In this document: piece by piece, positions 46,274 through 56,272 of the stretch | How the letters are laid out: every line of letters begins with the position of its first letter | Position numbering within the stretch: the first letter of the stretch is position 1 | Origin: Massilia sp. S19_KUP03_FR1 | Lineage (GTDB): Bacteria > Pseudomonadota > Gammaproteobacteria > Burkholderiales > Burkholderiaceae_D | NCBI RefSeq assembly: GCF_036688685.1 | Contig: NZ_JAQQPS010000007.1 | Span: 2,013 to 66,012, forward strand | DNA: 64,000 bases | Direction of reading: 5' to 3' | Position numbers and translations under genes: made by a program | The notes under the pieces: generated by a model | What the model saw: the letters and a program-made list of their open reading frames with translations, nothing else | Databases searched by the model: none | What the model was told of the DNA's origin: nothing

Positions 46274-47134
46274 GTGGAAGAGATCAAGGTGGCCCGCTCG
46301 CGCGGCGTCGAACGCATCATCGCCGGCCAGGCTGTGATGGATGGCGCGGGCGTGCGCATCAACCGCGTGCTGACCCAGCCGCTGCAGCGCCGCCTCGATC
46401 CTTTCCTGATGCTCGACGCCTTCGGCAGCGACAAGCCGGGCGACTACATTGCCGGATTTCCGGAACACCCGCACCGCGGCTTCGAGACCATCACGTATAT
46501 GTTGGCCGGCAAAATGCGCCACCGCGACAGCTTTGGCAACGAAGGCGTGATTACCGATGGCGGCGTGCAGTGGATGACGGCCGGGCGTGGCGTGATCCAT
46601 TCTGAAATGCCGGAGCAGAACGAAGGCCTGATGGAAGGCTTTCAATTGTGGCTGAACCTGCCGGCGCGCGACAAAATGCAGGCGCCGTGGTACCGGGATA
46701 TCCCGGCTGCCGAGGTGCCGCGCTTCACCACCGAGGCGGGCGTCACGGTGCAGGTCATGGCCGGCGCCTCGCACGGCGTGCAGGGCGCCGTCGAGCGCGC
46801 CGGCACGGAAATCGTCTATCTCGACCTGGCGCTGCCGGCCGGCGCCCGCTTCGACCAGCCGCTGCCTGCCGGACACAATGCATTCCTGTACGTGTTTCGC
46901 GGCGAAGCGGTGGTTGGCGGCAAGGGCATCGGCCAGGCGCGCATGGCCATACTCGACAATGCGCCGCAAGCCGATGGCGTCAGCATCAGCGCAGCGTCGG
47001 ACTGCCGCGTGCTGCTGCTGGCCGGCCGCCCGCTGCGCGAACCGATTGCCCAGCACGGGCCGTTCGTGATGAACACCCAGGCCGAACTGGTGCAAGCGTT
47101 CGAGGATTTCCGCGCGGGACGCTTCGCCGCCTGA
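46274..47134 (+). CDS. Pirin family protein
   Basis: FPEHPHRGFETITYML and VQWMTAGRGVIHSE cupin motifs. GTG start behind SD AAGGAG. Confidence 0.85.
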   Translation: MEEIKVARSRGVERIIAGQAVMDGAGVRINRVLTQPLQRRLDPFLMLDAFGSDKPGDYIAGFPEHPHRGFETITYMLAGKMRHRDSFGNEGVITDGGVQWMTAGRGVIHSEMPEQNEGLMEGFQLWLNLPARDKMQAPWYRDIPAAEVPRFTTEAGVTVQVMAGASHGVQGAVERAGTEIVYLDLALPAGARFDQPLPAGHNAFLYVFRGEAVVGGKGIGQARMAILDNAPQADGVSISAASDCRVLLLAGRPLREPIAQHGPFVMNTQAELVQAFEDFRAGRFAA

Positions 47135-47254
47135 CCTTGTGGCGCCGTCGTTCGTGCCAATAGGGCCCGGATGACGGAAACAAATGCCCGCCATTGCCGC
47201 CTTCGCGGCCGCGCGCCAGGCTACACTGGCGCATCTTCCTCATTCTTTATTTTC

Positions 47255-47728
47255 ATGCCGCTGCTTCCCGTCATCATGAACCTGTTGGGCCGCGCCAGCC
47301 GCGCGCTCGGGTTCGAGACCATCGATGCTTTCCCGCCCGGCCACGTGCATGCGCGCACGCGCTGGGACCGCGCCTATTTTGATATTGCCTCCGACGTCAA
47401 GGCGGACCAGATCGAGTCGGCCGTGTGCGAAGCCATCGCCAACACACCACTGGTATTCGGCCGCATCGTCAACCCGACGCCACGCATGCAGCGCACCGTG
47501 CTGGGTATTATCGATGCGCGCCTGCGTGGTTCTGGCGGCGCGCCGGCCGACCTGGTGCGCCTGCTGATCGAGGCCTACCGCAGCGCCGACACGGTCGAAG
47601 CCATCCCCGGCCTGCGCGCGGCGATCGCCTCGACCGGACACCTGGAGATGCCGGTGCGCGTGGTGCGCCTGCTCGATTACCTGGCCGACATGCCGTCAGC
47701 GTTTGATGTCATTCAAGCCCAACCGTAG
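47255..47728 (+). CDS. Hypothetical protein
   Basis: ORF with unremarkable codon usage and no recognisable domain. Start uncertain (47171, 47255 or 47276). Confidence 0.4.
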   Translation: MPLLPVIMNLLGRASRALGFETIDAFPPGHVHARTRWDRAYFDIASDVKADQIESAVCEAIANTPLVFGRIVNPTPRMQRTVLGIIDARLRGSGGAPADLVRLLIEAYRSADTVEAIPGLRAAIASTGHLEMPVRVVRLLDYLADMPSAFDVIQAQP

Positions 47729-48859
47729 AGCACGCACGCTGGTCGGAAAATAGCGCTCGCGCAGCCGCATGAAGGGCGTCTCGACCGCGTAGAACAGCAC
47801 AGCGCCGGTCAGAACCGACGCAAGCAGCAGGACGCCAACCGCGATCACGCTGTCCGGCGCGTAACCGTATTGTTTCAGCACGCCCGCGCCCAGCACGCAC
47901 ACCTGGCGGTGCAACAAATAGATCGCATACGACCACAACGCGATGCTGGCTGCGCCGGGAATCCGAACCGCCCGCAGCAGCGACTTTTCGGACAGCGCGG
48001 CCAGGATCAGCAGGCTGAAGCCGAGCGCCAGCAGCGGGTAGCCGAACACGGTCGGCGCGCGTCCGTACCGGTCATCCAGAAACAGCCAGCTGGCCAGACC
48101 CAGCACCGCCAGGCCCAGCAGCGCGCTCAGGTTCCCCTGGCGGGTCAGCCAGGCCCATGTACGCGGATGATATTGCCGGACCAGCGCCAGCGCCACGCCA
48201 GCTAACAGTTCATCGGCGCGGCACAAGGTGGCGTAGTAGATGAACTTGAAGTAATGATTTTCGCCGTAAGGGTTGGCGTCGACGACGTCTTGCCAGAGCT
48301 GCGCGCGCCACAGCATGCCGCCCATGACCAGCAGCGCCAGCGCCACCCAGGCCAGCCGCAGCGTCCCGCGCAGCATGGGGCACAGCCACGCAGCCAGCAA
48401 GGCGACTGCCGGCAACACCATATAAAACTGTTCTTCGATGCACAGCGACCAGGCATGCGAAAACGCGGTGCCGGGCGGCAGCCGGAAATTGAGCGTGAAG
48501 GTGAGCAGGCGCCACAGGTCCGGCAGGGGCGCTTCGCCGCGAAAGCCGGGCAGCAGGAAATACAGCGCTACCACCACGTAGAAATTCGGCAGCGTGCGCA
48601 GTAGGCGGCGCGCATAAAAGCGCCCCAGCGACAGGCCGCGCGGGTCGGCCATTGCGGCGAAGATCTGGCGTCCGATCAGGTGGCCGGACAGCGCGAAAAA
48701 CAGGTCGACACCGGCCCAGCCCATCTGCCCGACCCAGCCGAAGGTGTGCGCGTCGCGCGTGACGAACAGCGTGTAGTGGTGCAGCACGACCAGGGTCACG
48801 GCGAGCGCGCGCAGGGTGTCGAGGCCGGCCAGGCGGGTAGAAGGGTGAAACGTCGCCAT
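47696..48859 (-). CDS. Acyltransferase family 3 (OafA/OpgC-like) membrane protein
   Basis: LDTLRALAVTLVVLHH N-terminal motif. 10+ TM helices. Confidence 0.8.
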   Translation of the reverse strand: MATFHPSTRLAGLDTLRALAVTLVVLHHYTLFVTRDAHTFGWVGQMGWAGVDLFFALSGHLIGRQIFAAMADPRGLSLGRFYARRLLRTLPNFYVVVALYFLLPGFRGEAPLPDLWRLLTFTLNFRLPPGTAFSHAWSLCIEEQFYMVLPAVALLAAWLCPMLRGTLRLAWVALALLVMGGMLWRAQLWQDVVDANPYGENHYFKFIYYATLCRADELLAGVALALVRQYHPRTWAWLTRQGNLSALLGLAVLGLASWLFLDDRYGRAPTVFGYPLLALGFSLLILAALSEKSLLRAVRIPGAASIALWSYAIYLLHRQVCVLGAGVLKQYGYAPDSVIAVGVLLLASVLTGAVLFYAVETPFMRLRERYFPTSVRALRLGLNDIKR

Positions 48860-48961
48860 GCAGTTTTGCGTCGAAGGAAACCCGGATCATGCCACGCTGC
48901 CCCGCCCGCCGCCATGAATTCCCGATAAAATGGTACCACCTTGTTTATTTGGAATACAGCA

Positions 48962-49927
48962 ATGACCAGCGTCCCTGAGCTTCAGTTTAAATCCATCAAC
49001 TACACCGGGCTGGGGAATGGCCCGCGCCTGATCGTCACTGGCGCCGTGCACGGCAATGAAACCTGCGGCACCAAGGGGATCCTGCGCGTGATGGCCGAAC
49101 TCGACAGTGGCGCCCTGCTGATCAGGAGCGGCAGCGTCACCTTCGTCCCCATCGTCAACCCGCTGGCCTATCAGAAACAGCAGCGATCGGGTGATCGCAA
49201 CCTGAACCGCAACCTGTTCCCGAATCCCGATCCGCAGGATTTCGAAGACCGTATTGCCAACTGGCTGTGCCCCCTGCTGGGCCAGCACGATGTGCTGCTC
49301 GACCTGCACTCGTTCAATGCTGCCAGCGAACCGTTCGTCATGGTCGGCCCACAAAACAATGAAGGCAGCTTGCAGCCGTTCGGCCATGCCGCCAAGGAAC
49401 GCGCGCTGGCGCGCCGGCTGGGCGTGCGCAGGTTTGTCGACGGCTGGCTGGCCACCTACGGCGAGGGCGTGCAGCGCCGCAGCCGTGGCGACGCCGCTGC
49501 ACTCGAGACCAATTTGCGCTACGGCGTCGGGACCACCGAATTCATGCGCAGCACTGGCGGCTACGCGCTCACGCTCGAATGCGGTCAGCACGCCGACCCG
49601 GCTGCACCGGATGTCGCCTACCGCGCCATTCTGAATGCCCTCGCGCACCTGGAACTGATCGATGCGCCCCGCCCGGAGCCGATCGCGCTCGATGACATGG
49701 ACGCACTGTCGATGGTCGTGGTGTACGATAAACTCGAAGCCGGCGACCGTTTCACGCGCACCTGGTCGAGCTTTGACCCGGTCGCTGAAGGTGAGCAGAT
49801 CGGTGTGCGCGCCGACGGCACGCCGGTACTAGCGGCATTCGCTGGCCGCATCCTGTTCCCGGACGTGAACGCCCAGCCCAACCACGAGTGGTATTACCTC
49901 GCGCGCCCGAACGGCAACTTCGTTTGA
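48962..49927 (+). CDS. Succinylglutamate desuccinylase/aspartoacylase (AstE/AspA) family zinc hydrolase
   Basis: GAVHGNETCG and LDLHS motifs of the AstE_AspA family. Confidence 0.75.
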   Translation: MTSVPELQFKSINYTGLGNGPRLIVTGAVHGNETCGTKGILRVMAELDSGALLIRSGSVTFVPIVNPLAYQKQQRSGDRNLNRNLFPNPDPQDFEDRIANWLCPLLGQHDVLLDLHSFNAASEPFVMVGPQNNEGSLQPFGHAAKERALARRLGVRRFVDGWLATYGEGVQRRSRGDAAALETNLRYGVGTTEFMRSTGGYALTLECGQHADPAAPDVAYRAILNALAHLELIDAPRPEPIALDDMDALSMVVVYDKLEAGDRFTRTWSSFDPVAEGEQIGVRADGTPVLAAFAGRILFPDVNAQPNHEWYYLARPNGNFV

Positions 49928-50002
49928 TGAAGGCGCCTGCGTGCAGGCCAGCGACGCCCCGCAGCGGGGATGGTAATCGTTTAAACGCTGAACCGCGCCC
50001 GC

Positions 50003-51103
50003 TCAGCGCGGCGCCATACGCCGTTCCATCGCCACTGGCCACATGCCCGGCAGAGCGGGGGCGACACGGCGCTCAACCCGGACTGTCGTCTTGCTGCGCC
50101 CGCCGATGGCAAGCGAGAATGGGCCGGGCATGACCCGCATCGCCATTTTGTAGAGTGCGATTAAGATTGCCACGACGACGAATGGCATCACGACCGTGAA
50201 TACAGGAACCGGAACCGGCGCGCCTGCCAATTTGTTCAATTTCCACAGGCCGAACAGTAAGGGGGCGTGAGAAATGAAGATAAAAAAGCTGTAGCGGCTC
50301 TGTTTTACAGCCCATTGACCGAAGCTGGTTTCGACCAGCACGGCGCTGATCGGCCAGATCAAGAATGGCGCCACCAGACGCAGGACGAGGATACTACCGT
50401 CACCAAACCACACTGCGTACATACATAACGCAACGAATGCTGCAAATGCGGGATAAGCGTATCGATCGATCGCGCGGAGATTAGATTGATGCAATGCAAT
50501 TATTCCGCCCGCATAAAACATGACCGGCATATCGCCGCGCAAAATCAATAAGCCGTCCAGGTCGGACAAGAAGAATACCGCAACGGCGGCCAGTCCGACA
50601 AAAGGTGTGCGGCGCAAAACCCATCCGAACAGTGGCGTCAATAGAATGAGCACCATCAAGTCGCGCAGGAAATACAGCGGAAGATTGATCGGATAGCCAA
50701 ATATGCCAAACATGGAAGTCAGCCAGGCGCGCGCATCCTGCATGGCGGCGCGGTCATAAACAATCGACGCGCCAAAAAAACGATCAGCCAGGACATCGAT
50801 CAACAGCATACCCAGGTTAAAGATCAGGAAGGGCAACAGCAGCGTGCGGGCTTTTTTGGCAATCAGCTTGCGAAAATTAGTATCCAGGCCAGATTTGAAC
50901 AGGCAATAACCTGAAATAAGCGTCAACACGGGCACCGTGGCGCGGAAAAAACCATTCTGGAAAAATGCGACCAACAGCGGAAACCATTCATTTGGCACCG
51001 CGCCATATGGCGCGTACGGTGGCGTATGTACCACGACGACTCCGAAAATCATCAGGAATCGAAGCATATTGATTCGCTGACTGACCGCACCTTGAATTGC
51101 CAC
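50003..51103 (-). CDS. Acyltransferase family 3 membrane protein (lower-GC gene)
   Basis: MLRFLMIFGVVVVHT N-terminal motif. Polytopic. GC about 50% against a 67% background. It is followed by a 450-bp AT-rich intergenic region. Confidence 0.75.
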   Translation of the reverse strand: MAIQGAVSQRINMLRFLMIFGVVVVHTPPYAPYGAVPNEWFPLLVAFFQNGFFRATVPVLTLISGYCLFKSGLDTNFRKLIAKKARTLLLPFLIFNLGMLLIDVLADRFFGASIVYDRAAMQDARAWLTSMFGIFGYPINLPLYFLRDLMVLILLTPLFGWVLRRTPFVGLAAVAVFFLSDLDGLLILRGDMPVMFYAGGIIALHQSNLRAIDRYAYPAFAAFVALCMYAVWFGDGSILVLRLVAPFLIWPISAVLVETSFGQWAVKQSRYSFFIFISHAPLLFGLWKLNKLAGAPVPVPVFTVVMPFVVVAILIALYKMAMRVMPGPFSLAIGGRSKTTVRVERRVAPALPGMWPVAMERRMAPR

Positions 51104-51651
51104 GCGATTTCCTTTGTAATTACATGCTGAATCTGAGATGGGATCAGAAAGATACCACGAAATTCACATAGTTGCCCAAATAATATTATGGTTTTTTCTA
51201 GGTAATTTTTTACGAGCCGGTTTACGATTGCCGTTTCTGAAGACCGCTTCCGAGACACGCCCCCCGCCCGTATTGACGGCTGAGAAACCAGTGCCAATGG
51301 ATGAGTAATGCTGCTGTGCAAGATGTGTACATTATAATATTAATTTACGCATGTCCAGCGTAGCTCTATTGAATCAGTATAAAAGTGTGTCCTGTTGAAC
51401 AAGCGGCGCACGCCAGTTCAGCCATGTCAGCAGTTTTTCTGTCGCGTGTTCTTGTGCGGGTTTTGACACGGGGTTCGTGGTTTCAAGAGGCTTTCACGAT
51501 ATGCAACCGGGCGCCCGGCGATCAAGTCGAGCAAATGCCTGAGCCGAATTGCCGATCGGGTATCATCAGCGCCACCTATCGCTTTCTGGTGCAATCATTG
51601 ATTGCCGCCGTGGCGCTGAAACCCGCATCGATCAAGAGTCTGGAGCAAAAA

Positions 51652-52440
51652 ATGAAGATTGCCACCTTTAACATCAACGGCATTGGCAGCCGCCTGCCGG
51701 CCCTGCTCCAATGGTTGGAAGAAACCCAGCCGGATGTCGCCTGCCTGCAGGAACTGAAAGCCCCGACCGAGAAATTCCCAGAGCAAGCGCTGCGCGATAT
51801 CGGCTATCACGCGATCTGGCAGGGCCAAAAAAGCTGGAATGGTGTGGCGATCCTGGCACGCGGCGTGCAGCCGCAGGAAGTGCAACGTGGCTTGCCGGGT
51901 GACACCAGCGACGAGCAAAGCCGCTACCTGGAAGCGGCTGTCAACGGCGTGCTGATCGCATGCCTGTACCTGCCCAACGGCAACCCTGCGCCCGGCCCCA
52001 AGTTCGACTACAAACTGGCCTGGATGGAGCGCTTCATCGAGCGCGCCGCCGGCCTGTACGCCAGCGGCGCGCCGGTGGTGCTGGCCGGCGACTACAACGT
52101 CATTCCGACCCCTGACGACGTCTACAAACCCGAACGCTGGCTGACAGACGCCCTGTTTCGCCCCGAAACCCGGGCCGCATTCGAGCGCCTGATGGCGCAG
52201 GGCTGGCTCGATGCGCTGCGTCACATGCATCCGGACGAAACGATCTACACCTTCTTCGACTATTTCCGCGAAGCCTACAAGCGCAACGCCGGCCTGCGCA
52301 TCGACCATTTATTACTCAGTCCGGCCGTCGCCCGGGGTCTCGTTGCAGCGCAAGTCGACCACGATGTGCGCGGCCGCGAGAAGCCGAGCGACCACGCGCC
52401 GACCTGGATCGAACTGGATATGACGAAAGTGCACGGTTAG
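51652..52440 (+). CDS. xth: Exodeoxyribonuclease III
   Basis: MKIATFNINGI ... CLQELK ... full-length ExoIII similarity. The upstream in-frame ORF extension is not coding. Confidence 0.9.
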   Translation: MKIATFNINGIGSRLPALLQWLEETQPDVACLQELKAPTEKFPEQALRDIGYHAIWQGQKSWNGVAILARGVQPQEVQRGLPGDTSDEQSRYLEAAVNGVLIACLYLPNGNPAPGPKFDYKLAWMERFIERAAGLYASGAPVVLAGDYNVIPTPDDVYKPERWLTDALFRPETRAAFERLMAQGWLDALRHMHPDETIYTFFDYFREAYKRNAGLRIDHLLLSPAVARGLVAAQVDHDVRGREKPSDHAPTWIELDMTKVHG

Positions 52441-52587
52441 CGCGAGGACGGATAGACAACCGGGTTCGTCACGCTGCGCACCTGTTTTTTTGGTTACCTT
52501 ACATGATGGGCGCCTGAATTTTCCGCGCACTGCGGTGCACTGCGGAATTGATAATAAATTGCCATTCGGCTACACTGCCGCCCAGCC

Positions 52588-52938
52588 ATGACATCCCTTA
52601 CTGCCCCACACATCCTGCCCCGCCCTGCCGCTCCCTGCGGCCGGCCGGCGTGGGCGGCGTGGCTGGCACGGCTGCTCGCCATCGTCCTGCTGGTGCAGCT
52701 GTTCGCACTGACGCAGCATGACCACCCCGTCTCGTCCAAATCGCAGCACTGCGCTGCCTGCGCACTGCATGCGCAGCCGCATGCCGGGCCGCCCCAGGCG
52801 CTGCCGGCGCCTGCGCCATTCAGCTGGACGCTATTACACGCCGCGTTGCAGGTTCCCCCTCTCGCAGCGCCGGCCCGTGCGGCGGCCTGGCTGCTGCCGC
52901 CCGCACACGCCCCGCCCGCTTTCCTGCCGCTAGCCTGA
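52588..52938 (+). CDS. DUF2946-family small membrane/periplasmic protein (TonB-receptor-associated, Cys/His-containing)
   Basis: TM/signal segment. HCAACALH motif. It sits immediately upstream of the TonB-dependent receptor, as DUF2946 genes typically do. Confidence 0.55.
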   Translation: MTSLTAPHILPRPAAPCGRPAWAAWLARLLAIVLLVQLFALTQHDHPVSSKSQHCAACALHAQPHAGPPQALPAPAPFSWTLLHAALQVPPLAAPARAAAWLLPPAHAPPAFLPLA

Positions 52939-53032
52939 TCTGGCGCGCGCCCCGGTGCGCGCCATCCCTCTCATTTTGCGGAACTTGCACGCAGGCCTGG
53001 CTTCGTGCTGTCCGCTAGCGCAGGAAACATGT

Positions 53033-55105
53033 ATGCACCACTTCTCCCTCCGTTGCCTGGCGTATCTCGCCGGCAGCATGCCGCTCATCGCCCTGGCCGA
53101 TCCGGCCACCGACACCGTCATCGTCACTGGTGAACGCGCGGCCTACCGCAACCTGTCCGTGGCCGGCGCCACCAAGACCGACAGCTTGCCGCGCGACTTG
53201 CCGCAAAGCGTACGCACCCTCAACGCCGACCTGTTGCAAGACGCCGGCGTCAGCTCGCTGTCCGGCGCCCTCGAACTCACCAGCGGCATCAGCCGCCAGA
53301 GCGACCTGGGTGGCCTGTGGGACAGCTACGCCATGCGCGGCTTCACGGGCGACCCGAATTTCGGGTCCGACTATATGGTCAACGGCTTTTCCGCCAGCCG
53401 TGGCTATAACGGCCTGCGCGACGTCGCCGGCACCCAGGCGATCGAAGTGCTGAAGGGCCCGAGTTCGGCCTTGTACGGGCGGGGCGAACCGGGCGGCACC
53501 GTCAACATCCTCACCAAAAAGCCGCGCTTCAAGCCGGACGCCACGCTCGAGCTGTCCATCGGCAGCCATGCAAGCAAGCGCGGCGCCATCGACGTGACGG
53601 GGCCCTTGTCCGAGACCGTCGCTTACCGTCTGAACGCCGCGCACCAGGCCGGCGGGTCGTTCCGCGACACGGCCCACACCAGCCGCGATTACCTGGCGCC
53701 CTCCTTCGTCTGGCTGGCCGGGCGCGATACCACCGTGTCGTATGAAATCGAGGCCACGCGCCAGCGTGCGCCGTTCGACCGCGGCATACCGGCCATCGGG
53801 GGCATCCTCGGCGCGGTGCCGGTCGAGCGCTTCCTTGGCGAGCCCGGCGACGGCCGCAGCACCGTCCAGTCGCTTGGCCAGCAACTGTTCGTCCAGCACG
53901 TCCTGGCCGAGGGCTGGTCGCTGCAAGGCGGCGCCGCGTATCGCAACAGTGCCCTGCAAGGTTTTTCGAGCGATGCAAACGACTTGCTGGCCGATGGCCA
54001 CACGCTGCGCCGCCAGCGCCGCTACCGCGACTGGTCCGCACTGGACCGCTCGGCACGCATCGAACTGCTCGGCAGCGCCAGCCTGCTCGGCATGCGTCAT
54101 GCCTTCCTGGCCGGCGTCGAGGGCTACCGTTTCGACGACTACCGCGTGCAACTGCGTCGCAATCCCTCGGCCGCCAACCCGTACGCGATCGATGTGTTCA
54201 ACCCCGTCTACGGCGCCGTGGCCGCGCCGCTGACGCTGTCGATCGACACGCTCGAGCACCAGCGTGCCAGCGGCCTGTATCTGCAGGATCAGCTCGACCT
54301 GGCGCCACGCTGGAAGGCACTGCTCGGGGTGCGCGCCGACCAATATCATCAAACCGTCATCAATCGTCGCACGGCGGCCGTCAACCAGCAGGATCTGAGC
54401 GCCGTCAGCCCGCGCGCCGGGCTGGTGTACCAGCCGAGCGGCGCCGTGGCGCTGTACGCCAGCGTCGCGCGCGGGTTCCGGCCGAACAGCGGGATCGCGA
54501 TCGACAACAGCGCCTTCCCGGCCGAACAAAGCCGCTCGCACGAACTGGGCGTCAAGGTCGACACGCCAGCTGGCCTGGCCGGCACGCTCGCGGTGTACCG
54601 GATCGACAAGGACAATGTGCTCACACCCAACCCCGCCAACACCGATTTCTCGATGCCTGCGGGCGCCGTCGCCAGCAAGGGTGTGGAATTCGATGTGGCC
54701 GGCCAGTTGCGCAAAGGACTCAAGCTGTCGGCCGCGTACGCCTATACAGACGCGCGCGTGACGCATGGCGACAATACCATCCGCACCGGCAGCCGGTTTC
54801 CGAACGTGCCGCGCCACAGTGCCAACTTGCTGCTGGTGGCCAGCAGCGCCAATGCGTCCTTCGGCGGCGGTCTGGCGTACCTGGGCGCGCGTTTCGGCAA
54901 TGTGGCCGCGTCAAGCGACTTCCGCCTGCCCGGCTACACCACGGCGCGCCTGCTGGCCAGCTATGCAGCAGGCCCGCACTGGCGGGTGTCCGCCCACATC
55001 GAGAACCTGTTCGACCGGCGCTACTATGCCAGCGCCTACAGCCCGCTGTGGGTGGCGCCCGGGACCACCCGCAGCATGAACGCAACCTTGTCCTACCGTT
55101 TTTAA
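53033..55105 (+). CDS. TonB-dependent outer-membrane receptor (OprC/NosA-like, possibly copper or siderophore)
   Basis: Signal peptide. TonB box DTVIVTG. Plug domain. Terminal aromatic SYRF. Confidence 0.85.
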   Translation: MHHFSLRCLAYLAGSMPLIALADPATDTVIVTGERAAYRNLSVAGATKTDSLPRDLPQSVRTLNADLLQDAGVSSLSGALELTSGISRQSDLGGLWDSYAMRGFTGDPNFGSDYMVNGFSASRGYNGLRDVAGTQAIEVLKGPSSALYGRGEPGGTVNILTKKPRFKPDATLELSIGSHASKRGAIDVTGPLSETVAYRLNAAHQAGGSFRDTAHTSRDYLAPSFVWLAGRDTTVSYEIEATRQRAPFDRGIPAIGGILGAVPVERFLGEPGDGRSTVQSLGQQLFVQHVLAEGWSLQGGAAYRNSALQGFSSDANDLLADGHTLRRQRRYRDWSALDRSARIELLGSASLLGMRHAFLAGVEGYRFDDYRVQLRRNPSAANPYAIDVFNPVYGAVAAPLTLSIDTLEHQRASGLYLQDQLDLAPRWKALLGVRADQYHQTVINRRTAAVNQQDLSAVSPRAGLVYQPSGAVALYASVARGFRPNSGIAIDNSAFPAEQSRSHELGVKVDTPAGLAGTLAVYRIDKDNVLTPNPANTDFSMPAGAVASKGVEFDVAGQLRKGLKLSAAYAYTDARVTHGDNTIRTGSRFPNVPRHSANLLLVASSANASFGGGLAYLGARFGNVAASSDFRLPGYTTARLLASYAAGPHWRVSAHIENLFDRRYYASAYSPLWVAPGTTRSMNATLSYRF

Positions 55106-55115
55106 GGCGCCATCG

Positions 55116-56240
55116 ATGACAAACCAACGTATCGCCTCAATCGACGTCGCACGCGGCCTGGTCATGCTCCTGATGACGGTCGACCATGTACGCGAGACTT
55201 TTTTCATGCAGCACCAGGTGAGCGACCCGATGGACCTCGCCGCCACCAGCCCGGCGCTGTTTTTTACGCGCCTGAGCGCGCACTTCTGCGCACCGATGTT
55301 CGTGTTCCTGACCGGGCTGTCGGCCTGGCTGTACGCCAATCCGGCCAGCGGCCCGCGCGACCCGACCAGCTTCCTGGTCAAACGCGGCCTGCTGCTGGTC
55401 ACCATGGAGATCGTGGTGGTCAACTTCGCCTGGAGCGGCAGCTTCACGCCCGCAATACTGTATCTGCAGGTGATCTGGGCGATCGGGCTGGCGATGCTGA
55501 CGCTGGCACTGCTGCAGCGCCTGCGTCTGGCCGTGCTGGCGGCACTCGGCGTGCTCATCGTGGGCGGGCACAATGCGCTCGCCGGTGTCGCGTTTGAGCC
55601 GGGCAGCGTGGCGGCAAGCGTGTGGACCATCCTGGAACAGCGCGGCTACCTGCTGGAAACGCCGCTACGGGTGAAAGTCAGCTATCCGGTGCTGGCATGG
55701 ATCGGTGTGATCCTGCTCGGCTATGCGTGCGGGCCGCTGTTCGCGCGCGCTGCGGCACCACTGCGGCGCCGGCGTTGTCTGATGCTGGGCGGGAGCTTGT
55801 GCCTGGCGCTGCTGGTGCTGCTGCGCACCGTCAACGCGTATGGCGAGCCGGTGCCGTGGACGGTGCAGGCCGATGCGCTGCATAAGGTGATGGCCTTCGT
55901 GAACTTCACCAAATATCCGCCGTCGCTGGACTTTTTGCTGCTGACCCTGGGCTGCGGGGTGCTGGTGCTGGCCTGGCTCGACGCGCGCGATACAGCCTTC
56001 ACGCGCATCGCCGCCGTGTTTGGCGGGGCGCCGCTGTTTTACTACCTGCTGCATTTATACGTGCTGCTGGGGCTGGGACGGATGGCGGCGGCGGCAAGCG
56101 GGGTGAGCCGGGCCGACGTGACCGCGGTGTGGCAGATCTGGGCGATTGCGGCAGCGCTGGTGGCGGCGCTGTACTGGCCCACGCGCCGGTTTGGCCAGTA
56201 CAAGCGCACCAGCCACAGGGCGTGGGTGAAGTACCTGTAG
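55116..56240 (+). CDS. DUF1624/HGSNAT-like acyltransferase-fold membrane protein
   Basis: IDVARGLVMLLMTVDHV N-terminal motif. About 9 TM. Confidence 0.65.
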   Translation: MTNQRIASIDVARGLVMLLMTVDHVRETFFMQHQVSDPMDLAATSPALFFTRLSAHFCAPMFVFLTGLSAWLYANPASGPRDPTSFLVKRGLLLVTMEIVVVNFAWSGSFTPAILYLQVIWAIGLAMLTLALLQRLRLAVLAALGVLIVGGHNALAGVAFEPGSVAASVWTILEQRGYLLETPLRVKVSYPVLAWIGVILLGYACGPLFARAAAPLRRRRCLMLGGSLCLALLVLLRTVNAYGEPVPWTVQADALHKVMAFVNFTKYPPSLDFLLLTLGCGVLVLAWLDARDTAFTRIAAVFGGAPLFYYLLHLYVLLGLGRMAAAASGVSRADVTAVWQIWAIAAALVAALYWPTRRFGQYKRTSHRAWVKYL

Positions 56241-56272
56241 CGCCGGGCAGCCAGGCGCGCGAGGATCGGTGA

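Noticed and set aside
53015-54817. 600-aa minus-strand ORF inside the TonB-dependent receptor gene
   Set aside because: The receptor frame has a TonB box, plug and C-terminal aromatic residue. The antisense ORF is an Arg/Ala-rich artefact.
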